From assembly GCA_030390025.1 (NCBI GenBank), contig CM059431.1, positions 152,088,001 to 152,152,000 of the forward strand: a DNA stretch of 64,000 bases, given 5' to 3'. Below the pieces are notes generated by a model, which saw only the letters and a list, made by a program, of their open reading frames with translations, made no database searches and had not been told where the DNA came from. Below, one piece after another: positions 49,899-63,921 of the stretch; the first letter of the stretch is position 1, and every line of letters starts with the position of its first letter. This DNA is from Squalus acanthias. Lineage: Eukaryota. Made by a program: the position numbers and the translations under genes.

Positions 49899-52377
49899 AC
49901 GGCGAGCGGGAAAGCGCAGGAGACAGTAGGATGTCACCTTTTGCACAATGCACATCCTTTGACCCTCAGGCACAGATGCGAGGGGGCAAAACGTTCAATT
50001 GTTTAATTTTTCGTTTTATTTAAATGTTAAATGTTTTCATTTTTTTTGGAAATATATATTTGTAACTTAAAGTGTATGTAACCTTTTCATTTAAAAAGTA
50101 CAGCCTCTAGTCACTTTGAAAAAAATCAACTTTTTTATTTGCAAACAAATTTAACATTACAACTGCTTGAAATTTAGGAAGTAGCTAGATTCCATCTTGA
50201 ATGTCTTTATTGCACTCAGAAACCAAAAAAGTCACTTTAAACTGTTTACAAATTTTATTCTAAACTATTTATGTTTACAAATGTTTGAAAAGTAGAAAAT
50301 AGCTGGTTAACATTTTAAAGTTATAAACTACGTACATCAAAACTGAACCTCAAAAGTCTTTGATGCTGCAATAAAATGCCACTGTTTCACTTTAAATTGT
50401 GTCTGCTCCTTTCTTTGCATTGCTGGGGGAGGGGGAGGTACAAGGCGACACTACCTCGTGAAGGTGTTGGCTAATAGCTGTTCCCGAGCAGCCATAATTT
50501 CAGCAGCACTTGTCTCCTCCCCATCAGGCCTGGCCACAGGCACATTGGCATCGTCCACGTCCTCCATTTCAGCAGGGAGCTCCTCTGCACCGTTAAGGGT
50601 GAGTCCTTCCCGCAGGGCAAAGTTATGTAAAGCACAACAGACCACCACAGTCCTTCCCAATTTCTGAGGAGAATACTGCAAGGTCCCTCCTGATAGTCCA
50701 GGTACCGGAAGCGTGATTTCAGAACTCCGATTCTCCTCTCCACCACTTGCCGTGTGGACATGTGTGCCTGGTTCTATCTCTCCTGAGCCTCATTATTGGT
50801 CTTGCGGTAGTGAGTCATCAGCCATGGTCTTAGCGGGTAGCCCTTGTCGCCCAATATCCATGCGGATGCTGGAGGGAATGCGCTGAGGGCGCCATACAAG
50901 TTCGAGTTATGGAGGACGAAGGAGTCATGATTACTTCCCCGGGGATTTGCATTCATGTTTAGGATCCTGAGGTGCGCATCACAGACTATCATGACATTCA
51001 ATGAATGAAAACCCTTCCTGTTGATGTATGTTACAGGAGCATCCACTGGTGCCTTCAATGCAATATTGGTTCCTTCGACGGCCCCAATCCCTTTGGGGAA
51101 TCCAACAATGGTATAAAATGCAAGGGCCATCTCCTTTTGATGGCGAGTGGACAAGTCAAATTCAATGAACTCTGAAGCCCTACGGAAAATGGCATCTGTG
51201 ACCTGGTGAATGCAGGCCCTCGCAGCATTCTTGGAGATTTTGGTAATGTCACCGGTGCTTGCCTGAAATGACCCACTTGCAAAGAAGTTCAGTGCTGTGG
51301 TTACCTAAATGTTCACTGACAAGGAAGTGCGGGTCTTCGAGCATGTTTGAAGGTCCTCCTTTAACATGTCACATAGTCGGCCGATTGCCTCTTTACTGAA
51401 GCGCATCCTCCTCACACACAACTCATCCGACAGCATCTGAAATGACAGCATCTCCAGTTACACTCTCTGGGGTGGGTAGTAGTTCCTCATTCTCAGGAGA
51501 CGGTTATGTTTCCTCCGTCTTTCTTGTTCCCTGGCTTTTCCAATTCTCTGAAGCACAATAGCACAGAGGATCAGGGCAGCATTCTCAAAGGGCATCTTTC
51601 TCCCTCACAGGCTTCCTCTTTAAACAGATGAAGTAATAGTAAGGAAAAAATGGAAGGAGTTGTTAAAGTCATCTTAATAAAGTGAGTGGCTGGAAAATCA
51701 CGTCGGGCTATGGTGGGAAACGTGCGGTATCGGATTGGGAACACGTCATACCCGCCTGATGAATATCACGGCCCGAGATGATTTTCCAATAACTGTAACA
51801 TTTTCAGAAAGTCATACATACATACTTACTTAAAGGAATATAATTGATGATCATTTTCTTTTTTAAAACTTTTGGAAATGTTAAATAATTCATTTTAAAA
51901 CAGTCATTTTCATATTTAAGAAAAACATCTAATTCACTTAGGACTTGCACACAACGAGAGTTGCTCCTTTTAACTACACGACTCAAAACAAGGTCCAAAC
52001 CCGTTTTTTTTGTTTTTTTACAGTTGGAAACTTACCTCAGACTTTATGAAAAAAACTTTGCTCCTTTTCAGAATTAAAAATGTTCAGTTTAGTAGCCCCA
52101 CTGGTGAAAGATTTCTTCTTCCTGGTCGTTCCGGAGCTTCTAACAAGGCTTTACTCTAGCTTTTTAAAAGCGCAGCTGCTGGGAATTTACCCACATTGCA
52201 CCAATTGAGAAAAATACCGAATTTGCCTCTCCGGCGCACGCGGTTGAAATCCGAACCCTTTCCTTCAGGACAACGGAAGTTCCGGTTTCCAGTGCTTGCG
52301 CAGTGCATGCACGAAACCGGCTCTTCAGGTGGCTGTGCGGGTGAGTACTCACCAGACAAGCGCCGAATTTCTGGCAC
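49899..52377. mobile_element. Second Harbinger copy (end of Myb gene, dead transposase 50451-51595 on minus, right TIR)
   Basis: Homologous to 37520-39997 with the same lesions plus an extra TAG at 51305-07. TIR at 52364-77. Confidence 0.9.
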
Positions 52378-52389
52378 GTCATATGTGGT

Positions 52390-54700
52390 TGATAGACAGG
52401 TAGATAGATATATAGATATATAGACAGAGAGACAGAGAGACAGACACACAGGCAGATAGACAGATTGACAGACAGAGAGACATCCCAACTTTGAGTGGGA
52501 GGATGGATGGATAGATAAAGGAATGAATGAATGAATGAAAAGATGGAAGAATGAATGAATGAATAAATGATTGGATGTAAGGATGAAATAATTGAATGAA
52601 TGAATGAATGAGTGAATGGACGGATGTATGTATGAATGAATGAATGAGTGAATGAATGAATGAATGAGTGAATTAATGAATGAATCAATCAATAAATGAA
52701 CTGATGGATGAATGGATGGATGAATAAATAGATGAATGGAGGAATGAAATGTTGAATAAATGAATGAATGAATGAATGATTGGATGTATGGATGAATGAA
52801 CGAATGAATGAATGAAAGCATGAATGAGTGAATGGATGAATGAATTAATGAAAGAATGCATGAATGAATGCATGAATGAATAAATGAATGAATGAATGGA
52901 TTGATGGATAGACGAATGATTGTGTGAATGAATGAATGAAGGAACGAACGAACGAATGAATGAATCAATCAATCAATCAATGAATCAATGAATGTATGAT
53001 CGAATGATTAATGAATGAATGGATGGATGAATGAATGGATGAATGCATGAAAGAATGATTGAATAGATGGAAGAATGAAAGAATGAATGAATCAATGGAT
53101 GAGTTGTTGGATGGATGAATGAATGAATGAATGAAGGAATGGATGGATGGATGAATTAATGGATGTATGCATGTCTATACGAGCATGGATTCAGAATTTG
53201 TTTAACGGTAAAAAACAGAGAGTAGGAAATACGGGTCATTTTCGGGTTGGCACGCTGTAACTAGTGGGGTACAGCAAGGATCAGTGCTTGGGCCTCAGCT
53301 ATTCGTAATCTACATCAACGATTTGGATGAGGGGACCAGTAGATATATCCTAGTATGCTGAGGATACAAAGCTGGGTGGGAATGTAAGTTGTGAGGAGGA
53401 TGCAAGGTGGCTTCAGTGTGATATAGACAGGCTAGGTGAGTGGGCAAGAGCATGGACAATGGAATATAACGTGTAGAAATGTGAAATTTCGCACTTCGGT
53501 AGGAAAAATAGAAAAGCAGAGTATTTTTTTAATGGTGAGTGATTGGGAAATGTTGTTGTACAGAGGGATTTGATGTCCTTTTACTCGATTCACTGAAAGT
53601 TAACATGCAGGTACAGCAACCAATTCGGGAAGCAAATGGTATGTTGGCCTTTATTATGAGAATTTGAGTATATGAGTAAAGATAATTGACTGCAATTATA
53701 TAGTGCCCTGTTGAGACAACACCCGGAGTATTGTGTACAGTTTTGGTCTCCTTACCTAAGGAAGGATATACTTGCCATAGAGGGAATGCAACGAAGGTTC
53801 ACAAGATTGGTTCCTGGGATGGAGCGACAGTCCTATGGTTAGAGATTGAGTAGACTAGGACTACATTCTCTAGAGTTTAGAAGAATGAGAGGTGCTCTCA
53901 TTGAAACATACAACATTCTTACAGGGCTTGACAGGGTAGATGCAGGGAGGATGTTTCGCCTGACTGGGGATTCTAGAACCGGGGGGTCACAGACTCAGAA
54001 TAAGGGATCGACCATTTAGGACTGAGATGAGGTGTGGTGAATCTTTGGCATTCTCCACCCCAGAGGCTTGTGGAGGCTCAGTCGTTGAGTATATTCAAGA
54101 CAGATATCGATAGCTTTTTGAATATTAAGGAAATCAAGGGAAATTGGGATAGTTGAGGAAAGTGGAGATGATGAAGAAGATCAGATATAATCTTATTGAA
54201 TAGCGCAGCAGGCTCGAAGATGCAAATGGCCTGTTCCTGCTCGTATTTCCTATTCGTGGATGATGTATGTGTGAATGGAATGATGAAATTATGGTTGGCT
54301 GGATGAATGAATGAATGGATGAATAGATGGATGGATGAATGATTGATTGAATGAATGAATGAATGAATGAATGAATGGATGGAAGGATGGATGGATGGTT
54401 GGATGGATGGATGGATGAATGAATGAATGAATGAATGAATGAATAAATTAATGAATGAATGGGTGAATGGATGAATGAATGAATTAAATAATGAATGAAT
54501 GATTGGATGAATGGATGAATGAATTAATGACATAATGGATGGATGAATGAATGTCATAATGGATGTATGAATGATCGAATGGATGAATGAATGAATGAAT
54601 GAATACATGAATGAATGAATGATTGAGCGAATGAATGAATACATGAATGAATGGAAGAATGAATGAATAGATTGGTAGATTGATGATGAAATGGAAGAGT
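52390..54700 (+). repeat. Duplicate (GAAT)n microsatellites with embedded CR1 (~53170-54257)
   Basis: Copy of 40010-42340. Confidence 0.9.
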
Positions 54701-54795
54701 GATTGGCTGTGTAAGTAGAGAGAGAGAGATAAACTGATGGATAGCGCAACAGAGGAAGACAGACAGATAAATTGTCATCCGATGTAACAATATAC

Positions 54796-55516
54796 CTTTT
54801 TCACTGCTGTTGGAGGATGGGATGCTATTATGTTTCGACCTTTGACAGAAAGGAGTTCTTTGATAATTTCTACATTAGTTTTGATCGGTAAATCCTGTCC
54901 GCTTAGATTGATGAGATATAACCATGGGCTGGTGCTTCTTACCAGATCTAATGGTGATAAAGACATTATCAAAACAGAAGACGATGGCTGCAACTGCCGA
55001 ATGAAATGGTTCTGGAGACTTCCTGTCCACGTGGACAAAGTGCACATTCTGTGGCGCATAAATGGTCCTTAAAAGTCTCTCAAACATTTCAATTTTATGA
55101 TGGATCAGGATGATATAGGCAATGGGGAAATCGCGTTCCTCGCTGGTTATGGGGAAAGTTATGTATTTGTGGGATTTGATGACTGAAGCGCAATCTATGC
55201 ATAAATTTACATAATCGATTTCCGTTAAGTGCGGGTCCTAGTTTCCGAATCCAGTTAAACTGATCCATCTGTGAAAGTTTTCCTCGTTGCTACTGATTAT
55301 TTCAAAGCAATTTGAATCTTTTTCAGTGATATCAAGAACATCATGAAGCTTCTCTCTGCACGTTTGTGTGGGTTTCCGTGAAGTTTTTTGCAAAGTTGTT
55401 GGGAATACATCCGCCTGTCCGCCCGTGTGAAGTGATACAAAATAACACACAACAAACACAACAATGAGAAGAAATATTTTCCTTTTCGGGACACGCAGCT
55501 GTATGACGTTACTCAT
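54796..55516 (-). pseudogene. GCNT-family pseudogene, second copy of exon 1
   Basis: MSNVIQLRVPKRKIFLL.. with the same TAG (55238-40) and the same internal deletion. Donor AAG|GTATAT. Confidence 0.87.
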
Positions 55517-55816
55517 TTTGTTTTCGTTCAGTCTTTTATAGTTTCAGTATTCTTTATTCAGCCGGAGCTCGGTTGTGTCCTTCTTTGCTTGTGTAGCCCA
55601 CATTCCGGTTCTCTTCTCCAGCAACTCTGAACTTTGTCTTCAAATCAATGTCGTCTGGGACTTTAGATCAGCTAACAGCGAGGATGGGATGAACCACAGC
55701 TTGCATGCCTTGTCACCGAAAACAATTCCAATCGGTTAGCCCTTTCAGTAAAACGAAAATATCTACAATGGAAAAAATATTTAATTACAAATCACTTATC
55801 AAAAGATACGATACAA

Positions 55817-56195
55817 TTAATTCTCATCCTTGTGTTCAAATCCCTCCATGGCCTCGCCCCTCCATATCTATGTAACGTCTCCAGCCTGAAACCCTCCAAG
55901 TCCTCTGCATTCCTCCAATTCTGACCTCTTGCGCATCCCCAAGTTTTACAATCCACAATTGGCGGCCGCGCCTTCAGCTGCCGAGGCCCTAAGCTCTGTA
56001 ATTGCCTCCCTAAACCTCGCAGGCTCTCGGCATCAATCTCTTTCCTTCGGATGCTCCTTAAAACCTACCTCTTCCTCTCCAAATATCTCCTTTTGCAACT
56101 CGTTATCAAATTATGTTTGATAACGCTCCTGTGAAGCTCATTGGAAAGTTTAACTACAATACAGGCGCTAAACAAATGCAACTTGTTGATGTTGT
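55817..56195 (+). mobile_element. L2 3' end (duplicate)
   Basis: Copy of 43462-43843. Confidence 0.8.
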
Positions 56196-56433
56196 AGCGC
56201 TAAACTGAAAGTTCAAATCTAGGATCATTAACGATAAAAAGAAGCTTTAAAAATAAACAAGTTCTAATGAACAGGATCTCCCAATACTGTTAATTTGGAA
56301 TGAAGAAGTGGTAAATTAATAAGCTCATTTAATAATTATCCAACGCAAAAAGGATCAAGCCGTATTTGCCGGAATTTATCCACTGTCTAAATTGTCGAGA
56401 CATCGACGTGAGGGAATACTAATGAAATGTTGA

Positions 56434-59400
56434 TAGCGGCAGCGGCAGCAGGGAGAGCGGCCCTGGGAGGAACCTGACTGACAGCAGGGAGAAAACGGAG
56501 CAGGAGGGAGAGCGAGGCCCAGACTCATCGGCAGCGGCAGCAGCGAGAGCGGCCATGGGAGGAGCCCAAGCGACAGCGGGGTGGATAAGGAGCCGGAGAG
56601 AGAGCGAGGCCCAGACTCACCGGCAGCGGCAGCAGCGAGAGCGGCCCTGGGAGGAGCCTGAGCGACAGCGCGGAGCATCAGGAGCAGGAGAGAGCGCGAG
56701 GTCCAGGCTCACCGGCAGCGGCAGCAGCGAGAGCGGCCCTCAACAGGCAACATTCGAAAGTGACGTCACAGATTAAAAGTGAGGTCGGCACAAGGGAAGC
56801 AGCTGTTTGGAGAGTAGTGGGTGAGTGTGTTTTTTAAAGTTTAAAGCCTATTCTGTTAAGTTAGATCTAAGTCTTTAAATAAAGGTTAGTGCTTAGTCTT
56901 TTACATAAAGGTTAGTACTTAGTCTTTCAAATAGTCTGTTAGGTAAAGGGATGACGGGAATGGCAGGGCAGCTCTGTCTAGCGGAGTGCACATCCTGTGG
57001 CATGTGGAAAGTCATGGACGATTCGCGTTGCATGGATGACTACATGTGCAGTAAATGTCAACAGCTGCAACGACTCGAGCGATGGTTTACGGAGGTTGAG
57101 CGGCGAATGAAGTCATTGTGGTGCATCAGCGAGGCTGAGAACGACGTGGATAACACGTTTACTGAGGTGGTCACCCCGCAGCCTAAGAGAAAGCGGACAG
57201 AGAGCAAGTGGGTGACCACCAGACAGAAGAAGATCAGGCAGGAAGTACAGGAGGCCCCGGAGGGCATCTCGCTCTCCAACCGGTATTCTATTCTGAATAC
57301 TGGTGGGGGCGATGGTCCCTCTGAGGAGTGCAGTCACATTCAAGGCTCGGCACCACGGGCGGCTCCGCTGCACAGGTGGGGGGGGGGCGGGGGGAGGAAA
57401 AATTGTGAAAGTTTAATAGTGGTAGTGGTTTCAACAGTGTGGGGAGAAGACAGGCGTTTCTGCGGCTGCAGACGTGACTCCAGGGTGGTATGTTGCCTCC
57501 CTGGTGCATAGGTGCAAAGAGGTAAGAGGTCCAGCAGGCAGAGTTTCGGGAGCTAGGATTCAGATGAAAAAGCAGGACCTCAAAAGTAGTAATCTCCGTA
57601 TTACTCCCGGTGACACGTGCTAGTGAATGCATAAATAGGAGGATAAAGCAGATGAATGCGTGGCTGGAAGGATGGTGCAGAAGGGAGGGCTTTAGATTCC
57701 TGAGGCATTGGGACCGTTTCTGGGGGAGGTGGGACCTGTACAAGCCGGACGGGTTGCACCTCAACAGAGCAGGGATCAATATCCTCGCCGGGGTGTTTGC
57801 TAGTGCTTTTGGGAAGGATTTCAGCTAGCTTGGCAGGGTGATGGGAGCTTAAGAATAGAGTTAATAGGGAGGGAAGAAAAACTGGAATTCGAAAACAAAA
57901 ACGTAGAAATAAATTGGAAGGACAGAGGAATCAAGGGCTGCATAGTATTCAACAAAGAGGTTTGCCTGTACTAAATGGTATATACTTCAATGCAAGGAGT
58001 ATAGCGAACAAGGCAGATGAGCTAAGGGCACAGGTAGATATTAGGTATTATGATATTATAGCTATTACAAAGACGTGGCTGAAAGACGGGCAGGTATGGC
58101 AGCTCAACATTCCTGGTTACAGGATTTTCAGACGGGATTGAGAGGGTGGTAAAAAGGCAGGGGTATTGTTTAAATAAACTATTACAGCTGTGAGGAGGAA
58201 TTATATTTTGGAGCGATCATCAAACGAGGCCATTTCGGTCGAATTGAAAAACAAAAAAGGGGCGATCACACTGATGGGACTGTACTATGGACCACCAAAC
58301 AGTGAGAGGGAGATAGAAGAACAAATATGTAGACAAATTTCTAAGAAGTGCAAAAACTATAGGGCAGTAATAGTAGGGGATTGCAACTACCCCAATATTA
58401 ACTGGGATAAAATTAGTTTGAATGGTATAGAGGGAACGGAATTGCTAAAATCCATCCATGAGAATTTTATAGCCAGTATGAAGCAAGCCCAACAAGGGAG
58501 AGGGTAGTTCTGGACTTAGTTTTATGTTTGAGGCTGGGCATGTAGAAGGCGTATCAGTGGGGGAGCATTTTAATGCTAGTGACCATAATTCAGTTAGATT
58601 TAAGGTAATTATGGAAAAGGACAAGGATAGACCAGGAATACAAATCCCAGGCTGTTAAGCGAAGCAAAAGAGTAAATAACAGAGGCCCTGATCATCATTT
58701 TCCAATCCTCTCTGGCTTCAGGTGTGGTGCCGGATGATTGGAGGACTGTTAATGTGGTACCCTTGTTTAAAAAGGGAGAAAAGGATGGACCGAGTAATTA
58801 CAATCAGTCAGCCTCTACTCGGTGGTGGAAAAATTATTGGAAAGAATTCTGAAGGACAGGATAAATCTTCATTTAGAAAGACACGGATTAATCAAGAAGA
58901 GTCAGCACGGATTTGTGAAGGGAAGGTCGTATCTGACAATTTTGATTGAATGTTTTGAGAAGGTAACAAGAAGGGTAGATGAGGTTAGTGCGTTTGATGT
59001 AGTGTATATGGACTTTAGCAAGGCTTTTGATATTGCTCCACATGGCAGACTGGTCACGAAGTTAAAAGCCCATGTGATCCAGGACAAAGTGTCAAGTTGG
59101 ATTCAAAACTGGCTCGGAGGCAGGAAGCAGAGTGTAATGGTTGATGGGTGTTTTTGTAACTGGAAGGCTGTTTCCAGTGGGGTTCCGCAGGGCTCAGTAC
59201 TCGATCCCTTGCTTTTTGTGGTATATATCAACGATCTCGACTTGAATATAGGGGGTATGATTAGAGGGATGAGGTACTGCAACAAGAATTTAGGGAGCTA
59301 GGTAGCAGATTAAAAAGCAGGACCTCAAAAATTGTAATCTCTGGATTACTCCCGGTGCCACGTGCTAGTGAGTATAGGAATAGGAGGATAGAGCAGATGA

Positions 59401-62400
59401 ATGCGTGGCTTAAGAGTTGGTGCAGGATGGAGGGATTTAGTTTCCTGGAACTGGGTCTGCTTCGTGGGAAGGTGGGGCCTGTACAAGTCGGACGGGTTGC
59501 ACCTGAACCGGAAAGGGACCAACATCCTTGAGGGGAGGTTTGCTAGTAAAGTTGCCGGGGGGTGGGGGGGCGGGGGTGTTAAACTGACTTGGCAGGTGGA
59601 TAGGATACGCAGTGGAGCTATAGCAGGGGGTGATGCACAGCCAAATATAGAGGAAAAATCAAGTCAGCCTGGAAGGCAGAGCAAATATGTAACGGCACAA
59701 AGGAGTATGGCAAGGCTGGATGGCATTTATTTTAATGCAAGGACTCTTGCGAGTAAGGCAGATGAATTGAAGGTGTTGATGACCACGTGGGAGTCTGATA
59801 TTGTTGTAATCACAGAGACATTGTTGAGGGAGGGGCAGGACTGGCAGCTCAATAATCCGGGGTATAGAATCTTCAGGCTAGACAGAGGGGGGTGTAAAAG
59901 AGGAGGACGTCGGCAATATTAATCAAGGATCAATTACTGCTGTAAGGAGTGATGATATCTTCTCAGTTTCGTCTAATGAGGCCATATGGGTAGCACCTAA
60001 AAACAAAAAGGGGTCAAGCACTTTGCTGGGAGTGTAGCCTAGGAGCCCAAACAGTCAGGGGGAGATAGAGGAACAGATATGCAGGCAAATCTCAGGGAAG
60101 TGTAGAATAACAGGATAATAATAGTCGGGGTTTTAACTTCCTCAATATTAATTGGGATAATCAGGGTGTGAATTGCTTCGATGGTGCGGAATTCTTAAAG
60201 TGCATTCAGGAGAGATTTTTGAGCCAGCATGTAGAAAGTCCTGCAAGAGAGGGTCCGGAACAGGACCTATTTCTAGGGAATGTTGCCGGGCAAGTGGTAG
60301 AAGTGTTCGTAGGAGAGCATTTTGGTGACAGTGACCATAATTCGGTGAGATTTAAGGTAGACATGGAAAAGGACAAAGTTGGACCGGAGATAAAGGTTCT
60401 AAATTGGGGGAAGCCCGATTTTAACATGATAAGGCAGGATCTGGCCAAAGTGGACTGGGATCAGCTACTTGTAGGAAAATCCACATCAGAGCAGTGGGAG
60501 TCTTTCAGAAAGGAAATAGAGAGAGTACAAAGGCAACATGTTCCCGTAAAGGTCAAGGGTGGGACCAACAAGCACAGGGAACCCTAGATGTCAAGGGATA
60601 TACGAGAATGGATTGGGAGAAAAAGGGACGCTTTTGGCAGATACAAAGTAATAAAAAAATTGGAAGCCCTAGAGGTGTACAGAAAGTGCAGGGGGGGGCG
60701 GGGTACTTAAAAAAGAAATTAGGAAAGCGAAGAAGGGGCATGAAATAACACTGGTGGGCAAAATAAAGGAAAATCCCAAGGTGTTTTATAAGTATATTAA
60801 GGGCAAGAGGATAACCAGGGAAAGAGTAGGGCACATTAGGGACCAAAGTGGCAAATCTGTGTGTAGAGCCAAAATATGTAGGTTGGGTTTTAAATGAATA
60901 TTTTGCATCTATGTTCACTATGGAGATGGACGTGGTCGGCATAGAAAACAGGCAGGGGGATTGTGATATACTTGAACAAATTAGTATTGAGAGGGAGCAG
61001 GCACTAGCGGTTTTAGCATGCTTAAAAGTGGATAAATCCCCAGGTCCAGACGATATGTATCCCAGGCTGCTGTGTGAGGCAAGGGAGGAGATTGCAGGGG
61101 CTCTGACACAAATTTTCAGAACCTCTCTGGCCACAGGGGAGGTGCCAGAGGACTGGGGAACAGCTAACGTAGCACTATTATTCAAGAAGGGTAGTACGGA
61201 TAAACCAGGGAAATACAGGTCAGTGAGCCTAACATCAGTGGTAGGGAAATTAATGAAAAAAATTCTGAGGGACAGAATTAGTCTCCACTTGGAGAGGCAA
61301 GGATTAATCAAGGATAGTCAGCATGGCTTTGTCAGGGGGAGATCATGTCTGAGCAATTTGCTTGAATTTTTTGAGGTTGTGACTAGGTGTTTGGATGAGG
61401 GTAGTGCATTTGATGTGGTCTACATGGAATTCAGTAAGGCTTTTGACAAAGTCCCGCATGGGAGACTGGTCAAGAACGTAAAAGCCCATGGGATCCAGGG
61501 CAACTTGGCACATTGGATCCAAAATTGGCTTAGTGGCAGGAGGCAGAGGGTGATGGTCGAAGGTTGATTTTGTGACTGGAAGCCTGTGTCCAGTGGTGAA
61601 CCGCAGGGATCGGTTCTGGGTCCTTTGCTGTTTGTAGTGTACATTAATGATTTAGATATGAATGTAGGAGGTATGATCAGTAAGTTTGCAGATGACACGA
61701 ACATTGATGGGGTGGTAAGCCTCAGGCTACAGGACGATATAGACGGATTGGTCAGATGGGCAGAACAGTGGCAAATGAAATTTAACTCTGAAAAGTTTGA
61801 GGTGATGGATTTTGCGAGGAGCAACAAGGCAAGGGAATAAACAATGAATGGAAGGACCCTATAAAGGACAGATGATCAGAGGGACCCTGGCGTGCATGTA
61901 CATAGATCCCTGAAGGCAGCAGGACAGGTAGATAAGATGATTAAAAAGGGATATGGGATACTTGCCTTCATTAGCCGAGGCATAGAATAGAAGAGCAGGG
62001 AAGTTATGCTGGAGATGTACAAAACGCTAGTTAGGCCATAGCTGGAATATTGTGTGCAGTTCTGGTCGCCACACTATTGCAAGGATGTGATTGTATTGGG
62101 GAGGGTGCAGAGGAGATTCACCAGGATGTTACCTGGGCTGCAGCGCTTCAGCTATGAAGAGAGACTGGACAGGCTGGGGTTGTTTTCCTTAGAGAAGAGA
62201 AGGCTGAGGGGGGACCTGATTGAGATGTACAAAATTATGAGGGGCATAGATAGGGTAGATAGAAAGGAACCATTCCCCTTAGTAGAGGGGTCAATAAACA
62301 GGGGGCGTAGTTTCAGGTTAAGGGGCAGGAGGTTTAGAGGGGATTTGAGGAAAAACTTTTTCACCCAGAGGCTGGTTGGAATCTGGAATTCACTGCCTGA

Positions 62401-62590
62401 AAGGGTGGTAGAGACAGGAACCCTCACAACTTTGAAGAAGCATTTAGATGAGCACTTGCCAAAGCATACAAGGCTACGGACCAAGTGCTGGAAAATGGGA
62501 TTAAAATAGACCCGGCTTGATGGCCGGAGCGGACACGATGGGCCGAAGGGCCTCTTTCTGTGCTGTATAACTCTATGACTCTATGACTCT
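56434..62590 (+). mobile_element. Duplicate CR1 A/B composite, here with element B complete to its 3' tail
   Basis: 92-bp monomers, ORF1, A/B junction at ~59262, RT, and a (CTCTATGA)n tail at 62570-62590. Confidence 0.88.
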
Positions 62591-62945
62591 ATTTGGTCCC
62601 CTCATCCAAATCATAGATATAGATTGTGAATAGCTGAGGCCCAATCACAGGTCCTTGCGGTACCCCACTGGTTACAGCCTGCCTACCCGAAAAAGACACG
62701 TTTATTCCTACTCTCTGTTTTCTGTCGTTAAACAATCCTCAATCCATGCTAGTTTATTACCCCGAATCCCTTGCGCCCTAATTTTGTTTAACATCCTCTT
62801 CTGTGGCACCTCATCGAATGCCTTCTGAAAATTCAAATATACCACATCCACTGGTGCTGCCTTATCTATTCTGCTAGTTACAATTTCAAAACATTCTAAC
62901 AGACTCGTGAAACACGATTTCCCTTTCGCAAATCCGTGTTCCCTA
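62591..62945 (-). mobile_element. CR1 RT fragment
   Basis: HGFAKGKSCFTSLLECF..VYLNFQKAFDEVPQ. Confidence 0.8.
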
Positions 62946-62999
62946 ATACTGATGTCGCGTATTAATCTATCGAACTTCAAGAACAGATCAGAAATGCCA

Positions 63000-63056
63000 G
63001 CCCGATAAGCTCAGTCGGAGATCATCAGACTTTTAACCTGAGGATCGAGGGTTCTT
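63000..63056 (+). pseudogene. Degenerate tRNA-Lys(TTT) remnant
   Basis: GCCCGATAAGCTCAGTCGGAGATCATCAGACTTTTAACCTGAGGATCGAGGGTTC; the 3' end is lost. Confidence 0.7.
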
Positions 63057-63714
63057 TCCTGCTGTCTCAAACAAACTCATTATTAGGAGTTAAACGTTTG
63101 CCACAGCACCTGATTTTTTCCAAATATAATGCGGCTGAATGAAAGATGGGATTGAGCATTTTGATTTAAAAGCAGCGCCTGTATAGAAACTTGAACTGTG
63201 AACCCTCAGATTAAAACTCTTACGCTCCTGTCCCTGTTTAATATTGCTCACCCAGTTCCCAATGGAACGACTCGCTTTACCTGCTGACATTGAACATGAC
63301 TTCTGTGGCATCCTGCATTTCCTACTTTTTTATACGTTCATGGGCTTTAGGTGTCGCTGGCATGCTGACACGAACGATTTGCTAATGGCCCTACTGCTTT
63401 CATGTTGCGCCCATCTTAGCAGTTTCCTCAGCTTGTCCGTATTGCCTGATCAATAATCATATTACAAGATCCCTTCCTAATAATAATATCTGTCTATTAA
63501 TAAATAGAATATCGTACATATATGTGCACTTCCTGTCTACAAATCCTCAATATACCCTTTCAAGTTTCTTTCACTCTTTTGTGTCGAATATTTCGCCCAT
63601 TATAAAATGTCTTGCCCACATTTAGGACTGAAACGGTCCCTGTAAACCGGTCACGCTGTAATTACGCTCGGTCACCAGTGGTGACGCTGTAGAGTCTCCA
63701 TTATGCATCTTCCA

Positions 63715-63860
63715 TCGCAGTCAGAAGTGCTAAACCCCAATGCAGGACTTCATCAGAAATATGGGCTGAGACTTCAGTGTAGGACTGAGAGAGTGCAGCA
63801 TTGTTAGAAACAACGTGCGTTAAATGAAATTTTAAAAGCGGGACCTATCTGACCTTTGAC
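63715..63860 (+). mobile_element. Highly decayed Deu-domain SINE
   Basis: ggctgagacttcagtgtaggactgagagagtgcagcattgttaga resembles the core at 29240-29290. Confidence 0.45.
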
Positions 63861-63921
63861 AGTGTCTGTGTTGGAGAAATCTGAGCCGTTGAAAGGTGTT
63901 GCACAGAGTTGAATGCATGAA

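Larger units (their letters stand above)
49899..61705 (+). repeat. Tandem segmental duplication of 37520-49398 (offset ~12.38 kb)
   Basis: Same order and sequence: Harbinger 3' half, microsatellites, CR1, GCNT exon 1, L2, CR1 A/B. For example ORF 38071..38301 has an identical translation at 50451..50681. Confidence 0.95.

Noticed and set aside
49113..50023. 200-286 aa ORFs across the gap
   Set aside because: Artefacts of translating N runs.
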